Assembly: GCA_038208905.1 (NCBI GenBank)
Contig: JBBQYG010000001.1
Span: 7,789 to 71,788 of the forward strand
Reading direction: 5' to 3'
DNA: 64,000 bases
Source: Candidatus Sumerlaeia bacterium
GTDB taxonomy: Bacteria > Sumerlaeota > Sumerlaeia > SLMS01
Shown: piece by piece, positions 18,279 to 27,444 of the stretch
Layout of the letters: every line of letters begins with the position of its first letter
Position numbering within the stretch: position 1 is the stretch's first letter
The notes under the pieces: generated by a model
Databases searched by the model: none
Told to the model about the DNA's origin: nothing
What the model saw: only the letters and a program-made list of their open reading frames with translations
Program-made: the position numbers and the translations under genes

Positions 18279-18542
18279 ATGCCCGAAATACTCTCCATTG
18301 ATCCTACCCCCAATGAGAACGCGATGAAGTTCACCATCAACGGGAAGGCCATCGCCTCGGGCTCCGCCACGTTCAAGAAGGACACGGCCGCCAACAACCC
18401 CATCGCCGAGGCCGTCTTCAAGAATCCCGGCGTTGTGGCGGTTTTTCTGCTCAACGATTTCGTGACGGTGACCAAGGAGCCCGGCGCCGGGTGGAACGAC
18501 CTGCTGGATCCCGTGTCGGACTCCATCCGGAGCGTCGGCTGA
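18279..18542 (+). CDS. Nfu_N-domain protein (Fe-S scaffold Nfu/NifU N-terminal domain only)
   Basis: 87 aa. MPEILSIDPTPNENAMKFTINGKAI...NPIAEAVFKNPGVVAVFLLNDFVTVTK matches Nfu_N (TPNPNSLKF ... GVxxVFxGxDFITVTK). Confidence 0.7.
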   Translation: MPEILSIDPTPNENAMKFTINGKAIASGSATFKKDTAANNPIAEAVFKNPGVVAVFLLNDFVTVTKEPGAGWNDLLDPVSDSIRSVG

Positions 18543-18550
18543 CCCCCCCC

Positions 18551-20053
18551 ATGATCGCCCACGTCTTCCCCCCCGCGGCACCGCTTTCCGGCGTGATCGA
18601 TCCGCCATCGTCCAAGAACTTCACCACGCGCTACTTGCTGGCGAGTTGCCTCGCGGAGGGCCATAGCGTCGTCCGCCGCCCCGCCGTGCAGGACGACGCG
18701 GTGGCGCTGGTCGGGTGCTGCCGCGCGATGGGCGCCACGATCCGCGCGCTGGACCGCGACGGTGCGGAGGTTGCCTATGAGGTGGAGAATGACGGCCGCG
18801 TGGAGCGCCTTGAAATCATCGGCTTTGGCGCCGCGCCCAGGCTGCGCCATTCCGGGGAGCCACTGAACCCCGGCAATGCCGGCGCCGTGTTCCGCATGGT
18901 GATGGCTGTGAGCGCGTTGCTGCCGGAGGTGCGGTGGGAGACCGACTACGTCGATTCGCTGGGCAAGCGCCCCAACATCGACCTGCTGGAGGCGCTGGAG
19001 CGGCTTGGCGTGGAGGTGGAATACGCCGGTGGTGACGGCTGTCTGCCGATCACGCTGCGCGGAGGCGCCGAACGCATCCTCGCCCACCTTAGAACCGTGC
19101 GCCAGGACCTCGGCATTGCCGCTCACGATCCCGTGCCCATCGAGGTCTCTGGCGCTGTCAGCAGCCAGTACACCAGCGCGCTGATGTTTCTGGCGCCGCT
19201 GATCGGCGAGGACATCGAGCTTCGCGCGACGGGGCGGCTGAAGTCGCTCCCGCTGATCGAGACGACGCGCAACGTGCTCTCCGCCGCGGGGATCGAGGTG
19301 GAGTCCAGCGAGGCCCGCCACATCCACCGCATCCGCGCGGGACAGAAGTACCAGCCGCGCGTGTGGGAGACCAACGGCGACTGGCCCGGCTCCTCCGCGA
19401 TTTTGGCGGCGGCCGCCGTCGTGCCGGGGAGCCACATCACCGTGAGGCGCCTTTATCGCGACGAGCAGGGCGAGAAGGAATGTGTCCCTTTCTTCGAGAA
19501 GATGGGCTGCTCTGTCTCCGAATGGACCAGCGAAGGCGCCGATCCGCGCCTGGAGTTCCGCGGTCCCGCCGGGGATACGCTGGAGGCGGCGTCGGTGAAC
19601 GGCGACCTGTGTACCGACGCCGTGCTGGCGATGATGGGGGCGGCGCTGGTGGCGCGCGGCAACAGCCGCTTTGTCCAGATCCGAAACCTCCAGTTCAAGG
19701 AATGCGACCGCGTTCGCGAGCCGATCGCCGAATTGCGCAAGGTGTGGGCGACGGCGCTCCCCGGGGAGCGCGTCCTGCCCGGGAACCGCGCCATCCGCTG
19801 GGAACCGGACGACGATCCCGACACCATCCATGTGACGGGGGCCCCCCAGGGCTTCGAGGGCGGGATCGAGGTGGATGGCCGGGGCGACCACCGGGTGATC
19901 ATGATGCTGTCAATTGTGGCGTTGCGCTGCCGCAAGGGCCTCCGCATCCGGGGTGCCGAGCACGTGAGCAAGAGCTTCCCCGCGTGGTTCGACGTACTGG
20001 CCCAGATGGGCGTCCGCGTGGAATTCACCGAGGAAAAGCCGGGAACTCCATGA
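18551..20053 (+). CDS. aroA: 3-phosphoshikimate 1-carboxyvinyltransferase (EPSP synthase)
   Basis: ATG at 18551. PSSKNFTTRYLLASCL (the GSKS-like PEP/S3P-site region). SSQYTSALMFLAPL. KECDRV. DHRVIMMLSIVAL. All characteristic of AroA. Confidence 0.85.
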   Translation: MIAHVFPPAAPLSGVIDPPSSKNFTTRYLLASCLAEGHSVVRRPAVQDDAVALVGCCRAMGATIRALDRDGAEVAYEVENDGRVERLEIIGFGAAPRLRHSGEPLNPGNAGAVFRMVMAVSALLPEVRWETDYVDSLGKRPNIDLLEALERLGVEVEYAGGDGCLPITLRGGAERILAHLRTVRQDLGIAAHDPVPIEVSGAVSSQYTSALMFLAPLIGEDIELRATGRLKSLPLIETTRNVLSAAGIEVESSEARHIHRIRAGQKYQPRVWETNGDWPGSSAILAAAAVVPGSHITVRRLYRDEQGEKECVPFFEKMGCSVSEWTSEGADPRLEFRGPAGDTLEAASVNGDLCTDAVLAMMGAALVARGNSRFVQIRNLQFKECDRVREPIAELRKVWATALPGERVLPGNRAIRWEPDDDPDTIHVTGAPQGFEGGIEVDGRGDHRVIMMLSIVALRCRKGLRIRGAEHVSKSFPAWFDVLAQMGVRVEFTEEKPGTP

Positions 20054-20153
20054 TAAGTGGCTTGCTTACCAGCCAGTCGTTGACCGATTGTTTTTAGTGT
20101 CCAGATACTTGTGACGGCTTTCCGAAACTCATCCCGTCAAGGATACCTCCCCC

Positions 20154-21251
20154 ATGCTGTCCGTTCGCCTCGATGACCTCCTCGTGGAGATGGTTGAAAA
20201 GGGCGCGTCCGACCTGTTTCTGAAGGCAGGCGTCGGCCCCCACATCCGCGTGGATGGCAAAATTCAGATGATGGACTATGGGGAGTTGACCCTGGAAGAG
20301 ACCCAGGAAATCGCCTATGGCATGATGACCGAGGAGCAGATCGAGCGCTTCGAGCGAATCCCCGAAATGGATCTGGCGCTCGGCGTGCGGGGCGTGGGCC
20401 GCTTTCGCGTGAACCTGTTCCGCCAGCGCGGCTCCATCGCGATGGTCTTCCGCCACATCAAGTCGCCGGGATTCAGCTTCGAGGATCTGATGCTCCCCGA
20501 TACCGTGCGCCAGCTGGCCGAGAAGAACCGTGGCCTCGTTCTGGTGACGGGCACCACCGGCTCCGGCAAGTCCACGACGCTGGCCGCGATGATCAACCAC
20601 ATCAACACGATCCGCAAGTGCCACATCGTGACCGTGGAAGACCCCATCGAATTCCTCCACGCCGACCGCGAGGCGATCATCAGCCAGCGCGAGGTGGGCT
20701 TCGACACCAAGTCCTTCTCCGACGCGCTGCGCCACGTCCTTCGCCAGGCGCCCGACGTGATTCTGATCGGCGAGATGCGCGACCTGGAGACGGTGCAGAC
20801 CGCCATCGCCGCGGCGGAGACGGGTCACCTCGTCCTGTCCACGCTCCACACCATCGACGCCGTGCAGACGGTGGAGCGCATCATCAACTTCTTCCCCGCC
20901 TATCTCCACGCGCAGATCCGCATGGAAATGGCCCTCGGCCTGCAGGGCGTCATCAGCCAGCGACTTCTTCCCCGCAAGCGCAGCAACGGTCGCGTCCCCG
21001 CGGTGGAGACACTTGTCGCCACGCCCTTCATCAAGAAGCTCCTCAACGAGGGGAAGACCCTCGAAATCCTTCCCGCCATCGAGGAAGGCGGGCACTGGGG
21101 AATGCAGAGCTTCAACCAGGCGCTCCACACCCTGATCCAGAAGGACCTGGTGGCGATGGACATGGCGATGACCTATGCCACGAGTCCCGAGGAACTCCGC
21201 CTCATGGTCGAGGGCATCACCAGCGGCGTCCGCACGATGAGGGCGCGGTAA
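20154..21251 (+). CDS. PilT/PilU-family type IV pilus ATPase (second paralogue)
   Basis: 365 aa. Walker A GTTGSGKSTT. His box ETGHLVLSTLHT. About 45-50% identical to the pilT at 16903..17997. Confidence 0.9.
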   Translation: MLSVRLDDLLVEMVEKGASDLFLKAGVGPHIRVDGKIQMMDYGELTLEETQEIAYGMMTEEQIERFERIPEMDLALGVRGVGRFRVNLFRQRGSIAMVFRHIKSPGFSFEDLMLPDTVRQLAEKNRGLVLVTGTTGSGKSTTLAAMINHINTIRKCHIVTVEDPIEFLHADREAIISQREVGFDTKSFSDALRHVLRQAPDVILIGEMRDLETVQTAIAAAETGHLVLSTLHTIDAVQTVERIINFFPAYLHAQIRMEMALGLQGVISQRLLPRKRSNGRVPAVETLVATPFIKKLLNEGKTLEILPAIEEGGHWGMQSFNQALHTLIQKDLVAMDMAMTYATSPEELRLMVEGITSGVRTMRAR

Positions 21252-21281
21252 ACCATTCCAGGGGCCGAGCGTGATTCCACC

Positions 21282-23474
21282 ATGACGATGCCCGGCGAGC
21301 GGGCATGGCGCTCTCACATTCCGGCCCTCCTGCTCTTGCTGGCGCTTCAGGCCATCGTGCTGCTCCCGATGTTTCCCCCCTGGCGCTGGGGGACGCACCT
21401 GCACAACGACGACGCCCGCATCACCAGCTACATGATCAGCTGGGGCCAGCACGTCCTGTGGACGAGGCCGTGGGACTACTTTGCGATCCCGCTCTTCCAT
21501 CCCGTCCAGGGAATGAAGGCCGTTACCGAGACGAACCAGTTGATGGAGTTGGTGACGGCGCCGCTGCGCATTTTCCGCAATCCCGTGCTCGGCTACAACG
21601 TGCTGATGGTGCTGAACGCCGTGCTGGCTGGGATGGCGGCATACGCATTGTGTTTCTGGGTTACACGCCGGCGCATCGCGGCGGTGTTTGGCGGGTTGGT
21701 TTTCTCCGGCAATGGCTACATGATTTGGCACCTGTGGGGGCATCCGAATATCTGCTGTACGTTCCCAATCCCGCTGGCGGCGCTGTGCTATCTGAAGTGG
21801 AGGAAGGACGGTCGCGCCCCCGCCGCGATCGGCGTGGGCGTCGCGATGGTCTTGCAGTTCGCGGCGAGCCTGTATCTCGGCGTCATCCTCGGAATCGGGC
21901 TCGGCGCGATGTGGCTCTTCGACGCGGCCCGGGCGCCGCGCCGCATCCTGTGCCGTGGCGAACTCAAGCTGATCGGCGCGGTGGCCGCAGCGATGGCGGT
22001 GTCGCTGGCGCTGGCATCGCCCTATCGCGCGATGAACGAGCGCCTGGGAGCGTCGCGCGGCCTCGACCAGGCGACACTGTTTTCGGCGAGCGTGTGGAGC
22101 TACCTCCTCCCCTCCCACATGGAGGGCGGGCCGGAACCCCTCGCGGGCGTGGCGATCCGCAAGGTTGTGCCGATCCGCACGCGCATGGAGGAGGCCTCCT
22201 TTGCTGGGTGGCTCCCGCTCGCGCTTGCCGCGAGCGCCCTTGCGTGGGCATGGCGTCGGCGCGAAAACGCGGAAGCGGAAATCGTCCGCCAGATGAGCGC
22301 CCTCGCGCTCGTGGGATTCGTCCTCTCCCTCGGCCCGTTCCTCTGGACCGGCAACAAGGCCATCGCGTGGCGCCTGCCGTTCTACTTCATCTACGAGTAT
22401 ATTCCCCCGCTCCGGTTCCTGCGCGCGACGGCACGGTTCTCGGTGCTGTGCATGTTGGCGATTTCCGTGGGAGGCGCCGTGGCCGTGGCAAGGATCGAGG
22501 CGTCGCGGCGCCTCGCTCCGGCGGGATTGAGAATTCTACTGGCGGGAATGCTGATCGCGCTGCTGGTTGAATACACACCGATCAGCGCCCCCGCGACACC
22601 CGAGGTTTCCCGCGACGCGACGCGCGCGATCGCAGAGCTCCCTCCCGATTCCATTCTGGCTCCCTTCCCATTCGACAGCGAGCAATGGCTCCCCACGGCG
22701 GCGCTGAAATTCCACCCCACCGTGACGGGCACCGTCGGCGGAGTGTACAATCACCGCTATCGCTCGATCAGGGACGCATTGACCGCGCCGATGAGCGACC
22801 AATTGCTGGCGCGCATCGCCGCGACCGGCGCGAACACGCTCGTCGTGGAGAATGCCGTCCACCTCCCCATTGCTGACAATATGGAGGGCCTGAAGCCCAT
22901 CACTCGCTGGGACGGCGGAGCCGTCTATCGCATCGAGGCCGCGCCCGATGCGGCGTTCGCCGCGTGGATGTCCACCTTACCCGAGCGCCCTGATCTGTCC
23001 CACGTCGCCGCCCCCCCCGCTGGATACGCCCCGTGGAAACCAGTCCGCTGGATCGTGGCCACCGACACCGGCGAATGGATCGAGTACACCGGCGACCCCG
23101 CCATGGATGGATTCATCAGCCGGGGAGGAAGCGACCGCATCGGAGTCGTCGCCGGCGGCGTCCCGCTCGCCCCTTTCCGCCGACTCGCCATCGAGTTCCG
23201 CCACGACAGCATCGGCATCGACCACTCCCAGGCCCGCGTCCAGTGGATCACCACCCGCCGCCCCCTCGTCGCCGATTCGCCCTCCATCTGGACCACCGTC
23301 TCCGGCACCCACGACTGGCAATACGCCACCTTCGACATCGGCGCCAACCCCGCCTTCGATCCCACCGACGAAGTACTCGCCTTCATCCTGGAACTGCCAG
23401 CGGCGAACTACCCGGGCATGAAATGCGAAATCCGCGGCATCGGCGTCGTTGGCGTCTATACAGAGGATAAGTGA
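21282..23474 (+). CDS. Large polytopic membrane protein with a C-terminal soluble domain (possible GT-C-fold glycosyltransferase/YfhO-like)
   Basis: 730 aa. At least 10 predicted TM segments in the first ~430 aa. Early periplasmic loop with NDDARITSY. C-terminal roughly 300-aa non-membrane domain. No definitive family match from sequence alone. Confidence 0.55.
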   Translation: MTMPGERAWRSHIPALLLLLALQAIVLLPMFPPWRWGTHLHNDDARITSYMISWGQHVLWTRPWDYFAIPLFHPVQGMKAVTETNQLMELVTAPLRIFRNPVLGYNVLMVLNAVLAGMAAYALCFWVTRRRIAAVFGGLVFSGNGYMIWHLWGHPNICCTFPIPLAALCYLKWRKDGRAPAAIGVGVAMVLQFAASLYLGVILGIGLGAMWLFDAARAPRRILCRGELKLIGAVAAAMAVSLALASPYRAMNERLGASRGLDQATLFSASVWSYLLPSHMEGGPEPLAGVAIRKVVPIRTRMEEASFAGWLPLALAASALAWAWRRRENAEAEIVRQMSALALVGFVLSLGPFLWTGNKAIAWRLPFYFIYEYIPPLRFLRATARFSVLCMLAISVGGAVAVARIEASRRLAPAGLRILLAGMLIALLVEYTPISAPATPEVSRDATRAIAELPPDSILAPFPFDSEQWLPTAALKFHPTVTGTVGGVYNHRYRSIRDALTAPMSDQLLARIAATGANTLVVENAVHLPIADNMEGLKPITRWDGGAVYRIEAAPDAAFAAWMSTLPERPDLSHVAAPPAGYAPWKPVRWIVATDTGEWIEYTGDPAMDGFISRGGSDRIGVVAGGVPLAPFRRLAIEFRHDSIGIDHSQARVQWITTRRPLVADSPSIWTTVSGTHDWQYATFDIGANPAFDPTDEVLAFILELPAANYPGMKCEIRGIGVVGVYTEDK

Positions 23475-23475
23475 A

Positions 23476-23709
23476 TCACCAGCGGTAGTAGAGACTTCCG
23501 TCGGAGATCGTCCCATTCGTGGGATCGTACTGGGGTTCGGCATCGAGCCACTTCGCCGACGAGTCCCCACCCGTGGCGTAGTTGCGCTCGTCCACGTTGG
23601 GCCGGAAGCTGAAGATTATTGGCGGCTGGCCGGGATGCACCGTCAACGGGCGCCCGCGCGCATCGGCGAAGATGTCCACCGGCAAGTGGTTTGGGAACTG
23701 CGCCTCCAC
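23476..23709 (-). CDS. hypothetical small protein
   Basis: 77-aa ORF about 37 nt downstream of cbpA on the same strand. No motifs. Could be spurious. Confidence 0.2.
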   Translation of the reverse strand: MEAQFPNHLPVDIFADARGRPLTVHPGQPPIIFSFRPNVDERNYATGGDSSAKWLDAEPQYDPTNGTISDGSLYYRW

Positions 23710-23746
23710 ATCGCCGGTGGTGCGGGGGCGGAAGCCTTGTCCCCCG

Positions 23747-24652
23747 CTACTCCTCCAACCCCCTCAACTTCTCATACAACTCCCGCTGCTCCGCCGTCGG
23801 GCTTACCGGAACTGTGATCATCACCTGCACCAGCAGGTCTCCCCCGCCGAGGCCCTTGCCGCGGATTCGGAGCCGCTTGCCGGAGGAGCTGCCGGGGGGG
23901 ATCGTCATGGTGATGTTGCCATCGGGCGTGGCGACGGGCGCCTTGCCGCCGAGGGCGGCGGTGGCGGGCGAGACGCGCGTCTCCACCACCAGGTTGCCTT
24001 CCTCCAGGCGATAGGTGTCGTCGGGGGCGTAGCGGATCTTCAGGTGGATGTCGGAGCCGTCAGGCCCTTGGCCGGCGAGGCGGATTTTCTTTCCCTCGGC
24101 GATTCCCTTGGGAATGCGCACGTCGAAGGTTCTGGTGCCGACCCCGGGAATGGAGAGCGAGAGGTGCTCGACGCCGCCGTGAACGATGCGCGAAATCGGG
24201 ACCGCCAAATCCACTTCGCTGACCGGCGCGGCCTCCTGGGGGAAGCCGCCGGGAAACCCGCCGCCGGCGCCGCGGAAATCAGCGCGCGGTCCGCCTGGGC
24301 CGCCGCGCGCGCCGCCGAAGAACTGCTCGAAGAAATCGCTGAAGCCGCCAAAGTTGCCGGCCCCGGCGCCACCTCCGCCCGCGTTGCCCTGCCAGCCGGG
24401 CGGCGGACGGAACTCCTGACCCGTCTTCCAGTCGGCACCCAGCGTGTCGTACTTCTTCCGCTTCTCGGGATCCTTGAGAACCTCGTAGGCCTCGTTGATG
24501 GACTTGAACTTCTCCTCGGCCTTGGGGTCCGTCTTGTTGGTGTCGGGATGCCACTTGCGCGCGAGCTGTCTATACGCGCGGCGAATCTCCTCCGCGGTGG
24601 CGCCGCGGGAGATTCCAAGTGTCTCGTAGTAGTCCTTGAATTTAACGCTCAT
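23747..24652 (-). CDS. cbpA: DnaJ-class co-chaperone, CbpA-like (J domain plus C-terminal client-binding domains, no Zn-finger)
   Basis: N-terminal J domain with HPD ([35 protein letters not shown]). Gly/Phe-rich region. Two DnaJ_C beta domains. No CxxCxGxG repeats. Confidence 0.85.
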   Translation of the reverse strand: MSVKFKDYYETLGISRGATAEEIRRAYRQLARKWHPDTNKTDPKAEEKFKSINEAYEVLKDPEKRKKYDTLGADWKTGQEFRPPPGWQGNAGGGGAGAGNFGGFSDFFEQFFGGARGGPGGPRADFRGAGGGFPGGFPQEAAPVSEVDLAVPISRIVHGGVEHLSLSIPGVGTRTFDVRIPKGIAEGKKIRLAGQGPDGSDIHLKIRYAPDDTYRLEEGNLVVETRVSPATAALGGKAPVATPDGNITMTIPPGSSSGKRLRIRGKGLGGGDLLVQVMITVPVSPTAEQRELYEKLRGLEE

Positions 24653-24698
24653 GGGAGTGCCTCAAGGCCTTCGATCAGCGTCTCGATGAAACCGCTAT

Positions 24699-24896
24699 TC
24701 ACGGGATCGCATTCCCGCCAGAACGCGCGGATCCTTCAACTGGTCTTCCATGCCAAGCTCCCGAACTGCTTCGTAGGAGAGCCGATCCAGCTCGCGAGAG
24801 GCCCTGATCGAGGAGCGGGCGGCAAACTTCTGCCCACGCGGCGTCCTTCAGTTCCCAGGTGAAGAGCTGGGCCTCGGATTCCTTCACTTCGCTCAT
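24699..24896 (-). CDS. small ORF between grpE and cbpA (possible degenerate or frameshifted cbpM-like modulator)
   Basis: 65-aa ORF MSEVKESEAQLFTWELKDAAW.... A second frame downstream (RELDRLSYEAVRELGMEDQLKDPRVLAGM) is also protein-like, which suggests a frameshift. Confidence 0.2.
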   Translation of the reverse strand: MSEVKESEAQLFTWELKDAAWAEVCRPLLDQGLSRAGSALLRSSSGAWHGRPVEGSARSGGNAIP

Positions 24897-24955
24897 GGCT
24901 TCAAAACCTCCAGTACGATCATGAACGCCAATGGGTTCTTCTTCGCGACTTCCCC

Positions 24956-25465
24956 CTACTCCGACTTCGGCGCGCCGGTGCTGATGATCACCTGCGCCGC
25001 ACGGAGGAGGCCCACTTCGTCCTGGAATCCGGGCCGCGATTCCTCGCAGACGATGCCCTCGGGATACGTCGCGCTGGGGAGGTTCGCGATGGCCTCGTGG
25101 ACCGCCGGGTCGAAGGGCTTGCCGCGCGTGGGGACTTTCTTGACGCCGAGCTGCTCGAAGCCGGTGAGCAACTGGCGCTGCACGGCTTCCATGCCTTGGC
25201 GCGCGGCGCTGTCGGCGGGGACGGTGAGGAGGCCCATCGCGAGAGAGTCGATGGCGGGGAGGAGGCGTTCGATGGCCTCGCGGCGCCCCTTCTGCTGGGC
25301 CAGGCCCATCTCCTTGTTCGTCCGGCGGCGGTAGTTATCGAAGTCGGCCCGCAGCAGGAGCAGCGGATCGGCTTGGGGCTTCTCCGCCGGAGACTCCTCA
25401 AACTCCTCGAGGATGATCTCTTCCTGATTCTGGTTGTCGTCCATTGGTTCCTGATCCGTGCTCAT
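24956..25465 (-). CDS. grpE: Nucleotide exchange factor GrpE
   Basis: ATG at 25463-25465. An acidic N-terminus followed by the GrpE signature LLRADFDNYRRRTNKE ... LLPAIDSLA ... PFDPAVHEA. Confidence 0.85.
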   Translation of the reverse strand: MSTDQEPMDDNQNQEEIILEEFEESPAEKPQADPLLLLRADFDNYRRRTNKEMGLAQQKGRREAIERLLPAIDSLAMGLLTVPADSAARQGMEAVQRQLLTGFEQLGVKKVPTRGKPFDPAVHEAIANLPSATYPEGIVCEESRPGFQDEVGLLRAAQVIISTGAPKSE

Positions 25466-25608
25466 GGTGGCGGCTGTCCTCCCGTCGGGGGGTCTTTTGA
25501 AGAGCTGGCTTGCAAGTCCTGAACCGGCTTTGAGGGCTTTGAATACTGAATTTATGCGATTCATGAGGGCCCGAATGTGTCGCCATGCACCACCCGGCGC
25601 ACGGTGCG

Positions 25609-26307
25609 TCAGGGGGCGGCGCTTTCGTCGCGGTTGCTGGCTTCATAGTCCTCGGGCCGGCCCAGATCGAGCCAGTGGCCCGCGTGGGGGTGGGCGTGGA
25701 TTGGCTCCCCGGTGGCCAGCATCGCGAGCACCAGTTGGTCGAACCCGAATGGCTGCCCCCGCGGCACAAAATCGAGGCACCGGCGGTTCAGGATGTAGAT
25801 GCCCATGCTGACCTCGTAGGGGATTGTGGGCTTCTCCACGAAATCGGTGACGCGGTTCTCCTCATTGCGGCGGAGCACGCCGAAGTCGATCTGCACCTTG
25901 CGTGCGTGGGTGGCGATGGTGAGGGCGCGGCGGTGCAGGAGGTGGTCCTCCCACAGCGCGCGCAAATCGAGGTCCGTCAGCACGTCGCCGTTCATCACCA
26001 GGAAGTCCTCGCCCAAGCCATCGATGAAGGCGAGCGGCCCGATGGTGCCCAGTGGCTCGTCCTCGATGGCGTAGTCCAGCTTGAGGCCATACTTGGCGCC
26101 GTCGCCGAAGAATGCCATGATGAGTTCCGCCAGATGCCCCACGGAAATCGTGACGTCGCGAAAGCCCGCCTTGCCCAGACTCTCCAACACGCGGTGAAGG
26201 ATGGGCCGGTCGCCCACGGGGAGCAGTGGCTTGGGGAGGATGGTGGTATAGGGGAGCAGGCGGCGCCCCTTTCCGCCGGCGAGCACCACCGCGCGCGGGC
26301 CGCTCAT
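25609..26307 (-). CDS. Sugar-1-phosphate nucleotidyltransferase (NTP_transferase family; HddC/ManC/RmlA-like)
   Basis: Start MSGPRAVVLAGGKGRRLLPYT (the G-x-G-x-R-L motif), then LPKPLLPVGDRPIL. 4-nt overlap with the upstream dehydratase gene. Confidence 0.8.
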   Translation of the reverse strand: MSGPRAVVLAGGKGRRLLPYTTILPKPLLPVGDRPILHRVLESLGKAGFRDVTISVGHLAELIMAFFGDGAKYGLKLDYAIEDEPLGTIGPLAFIDGLGEDFLVMNGDVLTDLDLRALWEDHLLHRRALTIATHARKVQIDFGVLRRNEENRVTDFVEKPTIPYEVSMGIYILNRRCLDFVPRGQPFGFDQLVLAMLATGEPIHAHPHAGHWLDLGRPEDYEASNRDESAAP

Positions 26308-27341
26308 CGGGCGTACTCCGAAACGCGGATCGTCGCAAGGCGCGGCTCCATCCACTTCGCCGTCGCCTTGATCCCATCGTGCAGGTTGGTCTCGGGCTTC
26401 CAGCCGATCTCGCGCTTGATGCGGCGGTTGTCGCTGACGAGGAGGCGCACCTCGCTGGCGGCGGGGCGCGCGCGGGAATCGTCGGCCTCGATGGGCTTCT
26501 TCACGTCGAGCACATCCAGAATCACCTGGGCCAGGCTTCCCACGCTGATGCCGCGCCCCACGCCAAGGTTGTAGGTGACTCCGATGACCTTCTCAGCGGG
26601 CGCCTCCGCAATCATGCGAAATGCCCGGGCCGTGTCGTGGACATAGGTCAAATCCCGTACTGGATCGAGCGAGCCGAGGCGAATCGCGGGGACATCCTTC
26701 GACAATGCCTGGGCGATGATCGTCGGGATCACGGCGCGCAGCGACTGGCGCGGGCCGAATGTGTTGAAGGGCCGCACGATGGTGACGGGGGTAGCGAAGG
26801 AAAGAAAGTAGGACTCCGCCAGTTTATCGGCGGCGATCTTGGACGCGGAGTAGGGCGACTGCGCCTGAAGCGGATGGGTTTCGTCCATCGGCGTGGTCAA
26901 GGCGCTACCATAGACCTCGCTGGTGGAGGTGTGCAGCAGCCGTGGCACCCCGGCGTCGCGGCAGCCCTCCAGCACGTTCAGCGTTCCGACGATGTTGGTG
27001 TTCACATAAGATTGTGGCGCGGCGTAGGAGTAGGGAATTCCGATGAGCGCGGCAAGGTGGAACACCGCGTCGGCGCCGCGAACCAGGTCGCGCACGCAGC
27101 GCGCGTCGCACACATCGCCCGCAACGATTTCGAGCCGCTGGCGCGCCTCGGCGGCGAGGCCCGCAACGACCTCCTCCAGATGCCCCCGCGTGGCGGCAGC
27201 ATTGTAGTGGACGAGCGCGCGGACTCGGTAGCCCGCCGCCAGAAGGTCCTCCACCAAGTGGCTTCCAATGAAGCCCCCCGCGCCGGTGACGGCGGCGATT
27301 CGCTGGCGGGGGGATGTGGCGGGGGACTCGGTTTCACTCAT
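26304..27341 (-). CDS. NAD-dependent sugar epimerase/dehydratase (extended SDR)
   Basis: Start MSETESP.... Rossmann motif VTGAGGFIGSHL. Catalytic YxxxK in SPYSASK. Confidence 0.85.
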   Translation of the reverse strand: MSETESPATSPRQRIAAVTGAGGFIGSHLVEDLLAAGYRVRALVHYNAAATRGHLEEVVAGLAAEARQRLEIVAGDVCDARCVRDLVRGADAVFHLAALIGIPYSYAAPQSYVNTNIVGTLNVLEGCRDAGVPRLLHTSTSEVYGSALTTPMDETHPLQAQSPYSASKIAADKLAESYFLSFATPVTIVRPFNTFGPRQSLRAVIPTIIAQALSKDVPAIRLGSLDPVRDLTYVHDTARAFRMIAEAPAEKVIGVTYNLGVGRGISVGSLAQVILDVLDVKKPIEADDSRARPAASEVRLLVSDNRRIKREIGWKPETNLHDGIKATAKWMEPRLATIRVSEYAR

Positions 27342-27444
27342 CGCGATCTTGTCGTCCGTGCCTGAATGCGGGGCGTCCCCGGGTGGCCATCGAAGCGATG
27401 GCATCCCGGGGACGCAAGCGAACCGTGGAGCTGGTCGAAACCGA

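Noticed and set aside
18185-22118. Very long ORFs antisense to aroA/pilT2 (18185..19891-, 20094..22118-) and sense-overlapping frames such as 19363..20097+ and 20618..21274+
   Set aside because: Same high-GC artefact. The opposite-strand or alternate-frame genes (aroA, pilT/pilU) have strong family motifs.
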